Positions 62,470 to 64,000 of a stretch of 64,000 nucleotides of DNA are shown one piece after another. Location of the stretch: NCBI RefSeq assembly GCF_006345805.1, contig NC_043005.1, positions 30,380,001-30,444,000 of the forward strand, given 5' to 3'. A model generated the notes under the pieces. That model was not told the DNA's origin and ran no database searches. It saw only the letters and a list, made by a program, of their open reading frames with translations. The translations under genes and the position numbers were made by a program. This stretch comes from Octopus sinensis. Its lineage: Eukaryota. How positions within the stretch are numbered: position 1 is the first letter of the stretch; every line of letters starts with the position of its first letter.

Positions 62470-64000
62470 GTCTCTTTTGTAGTGCATCGGCAAAACTTCC
62501 CCCTTCAGGTCTGTATGTTGACCTGTATTAGTCTCGTTTACTCTTTGTAGGCCGTGATTTCTACAGAGCTCCCAATGGATCATTCTTGCCACATTGTCAT
62601 GGTGTCTTTGGTATTCGCGTTGTACCAATTTCGGGCATTCGCTGTCGATGTGCCATACCGTTTCACCCCCTCTCATCACACATTCTGCATTTGTCGCTAT
62701 CGGTAGTGTTGTCTATTCTGCATTTGTCGCTATCGGTAGTGTTGTCTATTCTGTATTTGTCGCTATCGGTATTGTTGTCTATTCTGTATTTGTCGCTATC
62801 GGTAGTGTTGTCTATTCTGTATTTGTCGCTATCGGTAGTGTTGTCTATTCTGCATTTGTCGCTATCGGTAGTGTTGTCTATTCTGCATTTGTCGCTATCG
62901 GTAGTGTTGTCTATTCTGTATTTGTCGCTATCGGTAGTGTTGTCTATTCTGTATTTGTCGCTATCGGTAGTGTTGTCTATTCTGTATTTGTCGCTATCGG
63001 TAGTGTTGTCTATTCTGTATTTGTCGCTATCGGTAGTGTTGTCTATTCTGTATTTGTCGCTATCGGTAGTGTTGTCTATTCTGTATTTGTCGCTATCGGT
63101 AGTGTTGTCTATTCTATATGAATATAGTTGGTCCTTAACGCTTGTTCCTGAGCTGCGCATATGAATGCTTCTGTCTCTATCTTCAGGTCACTCCTCATCC
63201 ATAGCCACCGGTCCATTGTATCTGTCTTGGTGTTCACATCTCTTGCAAACTGACCGTACATTTTTTATCTTTCATGCATCCCCACCCCCCTTTGTTTGTT
63301 AATTTCTTGCTTAAATTTTTCTTTAGTTACACAATTTTCAGGGATGACATCGGCCTTCTTTGTGTGTTTCCACGACATTTTTTATAAACCACACTAAGCT
63401 GTTTTCCTCTGCAACTGATCAAATCTCTCCCACCTTTTCTTCCAGAAAAGTACAGCCTATCGGTGTCACTCTTAGTGTAGAAGACTCCATTTATTGTCAA
63501 CATTTTTCTGGTCTTGGTATTCACTTTCTTCATTTCTCTCTTTTGCCATTTTATAATTCCTGCTCCATACCAAAGGGATGCTATCGCCCAGGTATTAACT
63601 GCTTGGATTTCATTCCATCTAGTCAATTTTGAGCGCAACACCAGCCTCAGTCTTCGGAAATACTCCATCCTCAGTTGCTCTTTCTTTTCCATTTCCATTA
63701 TCTCGTTGAACTCTAGTACACCAAGGTATTTGTATCCTTCCGTTTCAATTTGTTGAATCAAGTCTCTATTTGGTAGTTCTATCCCTGCTGGGGACTGTAC
63801 CTTGCCTCTATTTAGGTAGATTATTCTGCACTTCTTGATTCCAAATTCCACTCTAATATCAGTATTAAAACAGTGGACCGCGTTCACCTAGGAACTCACT
63901 CGTGTCTCATCTTTGTCATACAAATCATTGTTTCAAATCATTCATGAAGAGGAGGTAGTTGATTGTTTGGGATTTTCCTTTCGTTGGTACCTCAGGTTCA
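62470..64000 (-). mobile_element. Decayed R4/Dong-like (RLE) LINE: RT C-terminus and CCHC knuckle
   Basis: EFGIKKC, YKYLGVLE, SKL...AVNTWA, DRLYF..KGGR.L; then QEQALRTNY and CRMC..GETVWHI.SECPKL..EY..HDNVARMIHWELC. Confidence 0.9.
62682..63115. repeat. 33-bp minisatellite, 13 copies
   Basis: Unit (c/t)atttgtcgctatcggtagtgttgtctattctg; the minus strand reads (Y/C)RIDNTTDSDK x13. Confidence 0.97.

Noticed and set aside
62682-63115. CRISPR-like regular 33-bp repeats
   Set aside because: Units are contiguous with no unique spacers, there are no cas genes, the context is eukaryotic, and the unit derives from LINE coding sequence.

Overview
AT-rich eukaryotic DNA, very likely from an octopod cephalopod (Octopus); this is inferred from the dense tRNA-derived SINEs, microsatellites and transposon relics. 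The main feature is the 3' part of a minus-strand HHIP-like (HHIPL) gene, which the ORF track shows only in pieces. I hand-spliced six phase-compatible GT-AG exons (45297-45382, 28315-28493, 26648-26791, 24964-25093, 23279-23421, 19434-19515) that encode the C-terminal half of the glucose/sorbosone-dehydrogenase-like beta-propeller. They splice in frame into a ~10.6-kb terminal exon (16469->5836) encoding ~3,550 aa of hierarchical Ser/Asp/Glu/Thr-rich repeats with Ser-Gly motifs and a basic C-terminus. The break between the two long ORFs is a cluster of 11 deleted bases in one copy of a 1,104-bp tandem duplication. Restoring them restores the frame exactly, so an assembly error is likely. I did not find the 5' exons, which probably lie beyond 64 kb. 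The introns contain three orphan exon-like segments, a pre-miRNA-like hairpin, SINE concatemers and a SINE family with a Penelope-type minimal hammerhead motif. They also carry relics of RTE and R4/Dong-like LINEs, Penelope, mariner/Tc1, hAT, Tigger-like, Chapaev3-like and Helentron-like elements, plus a solo-LTR-like insertion. No rRNA, genuine tRNA or CRISPR array was seen. Repeat family names come from motif recognition, not database searches.
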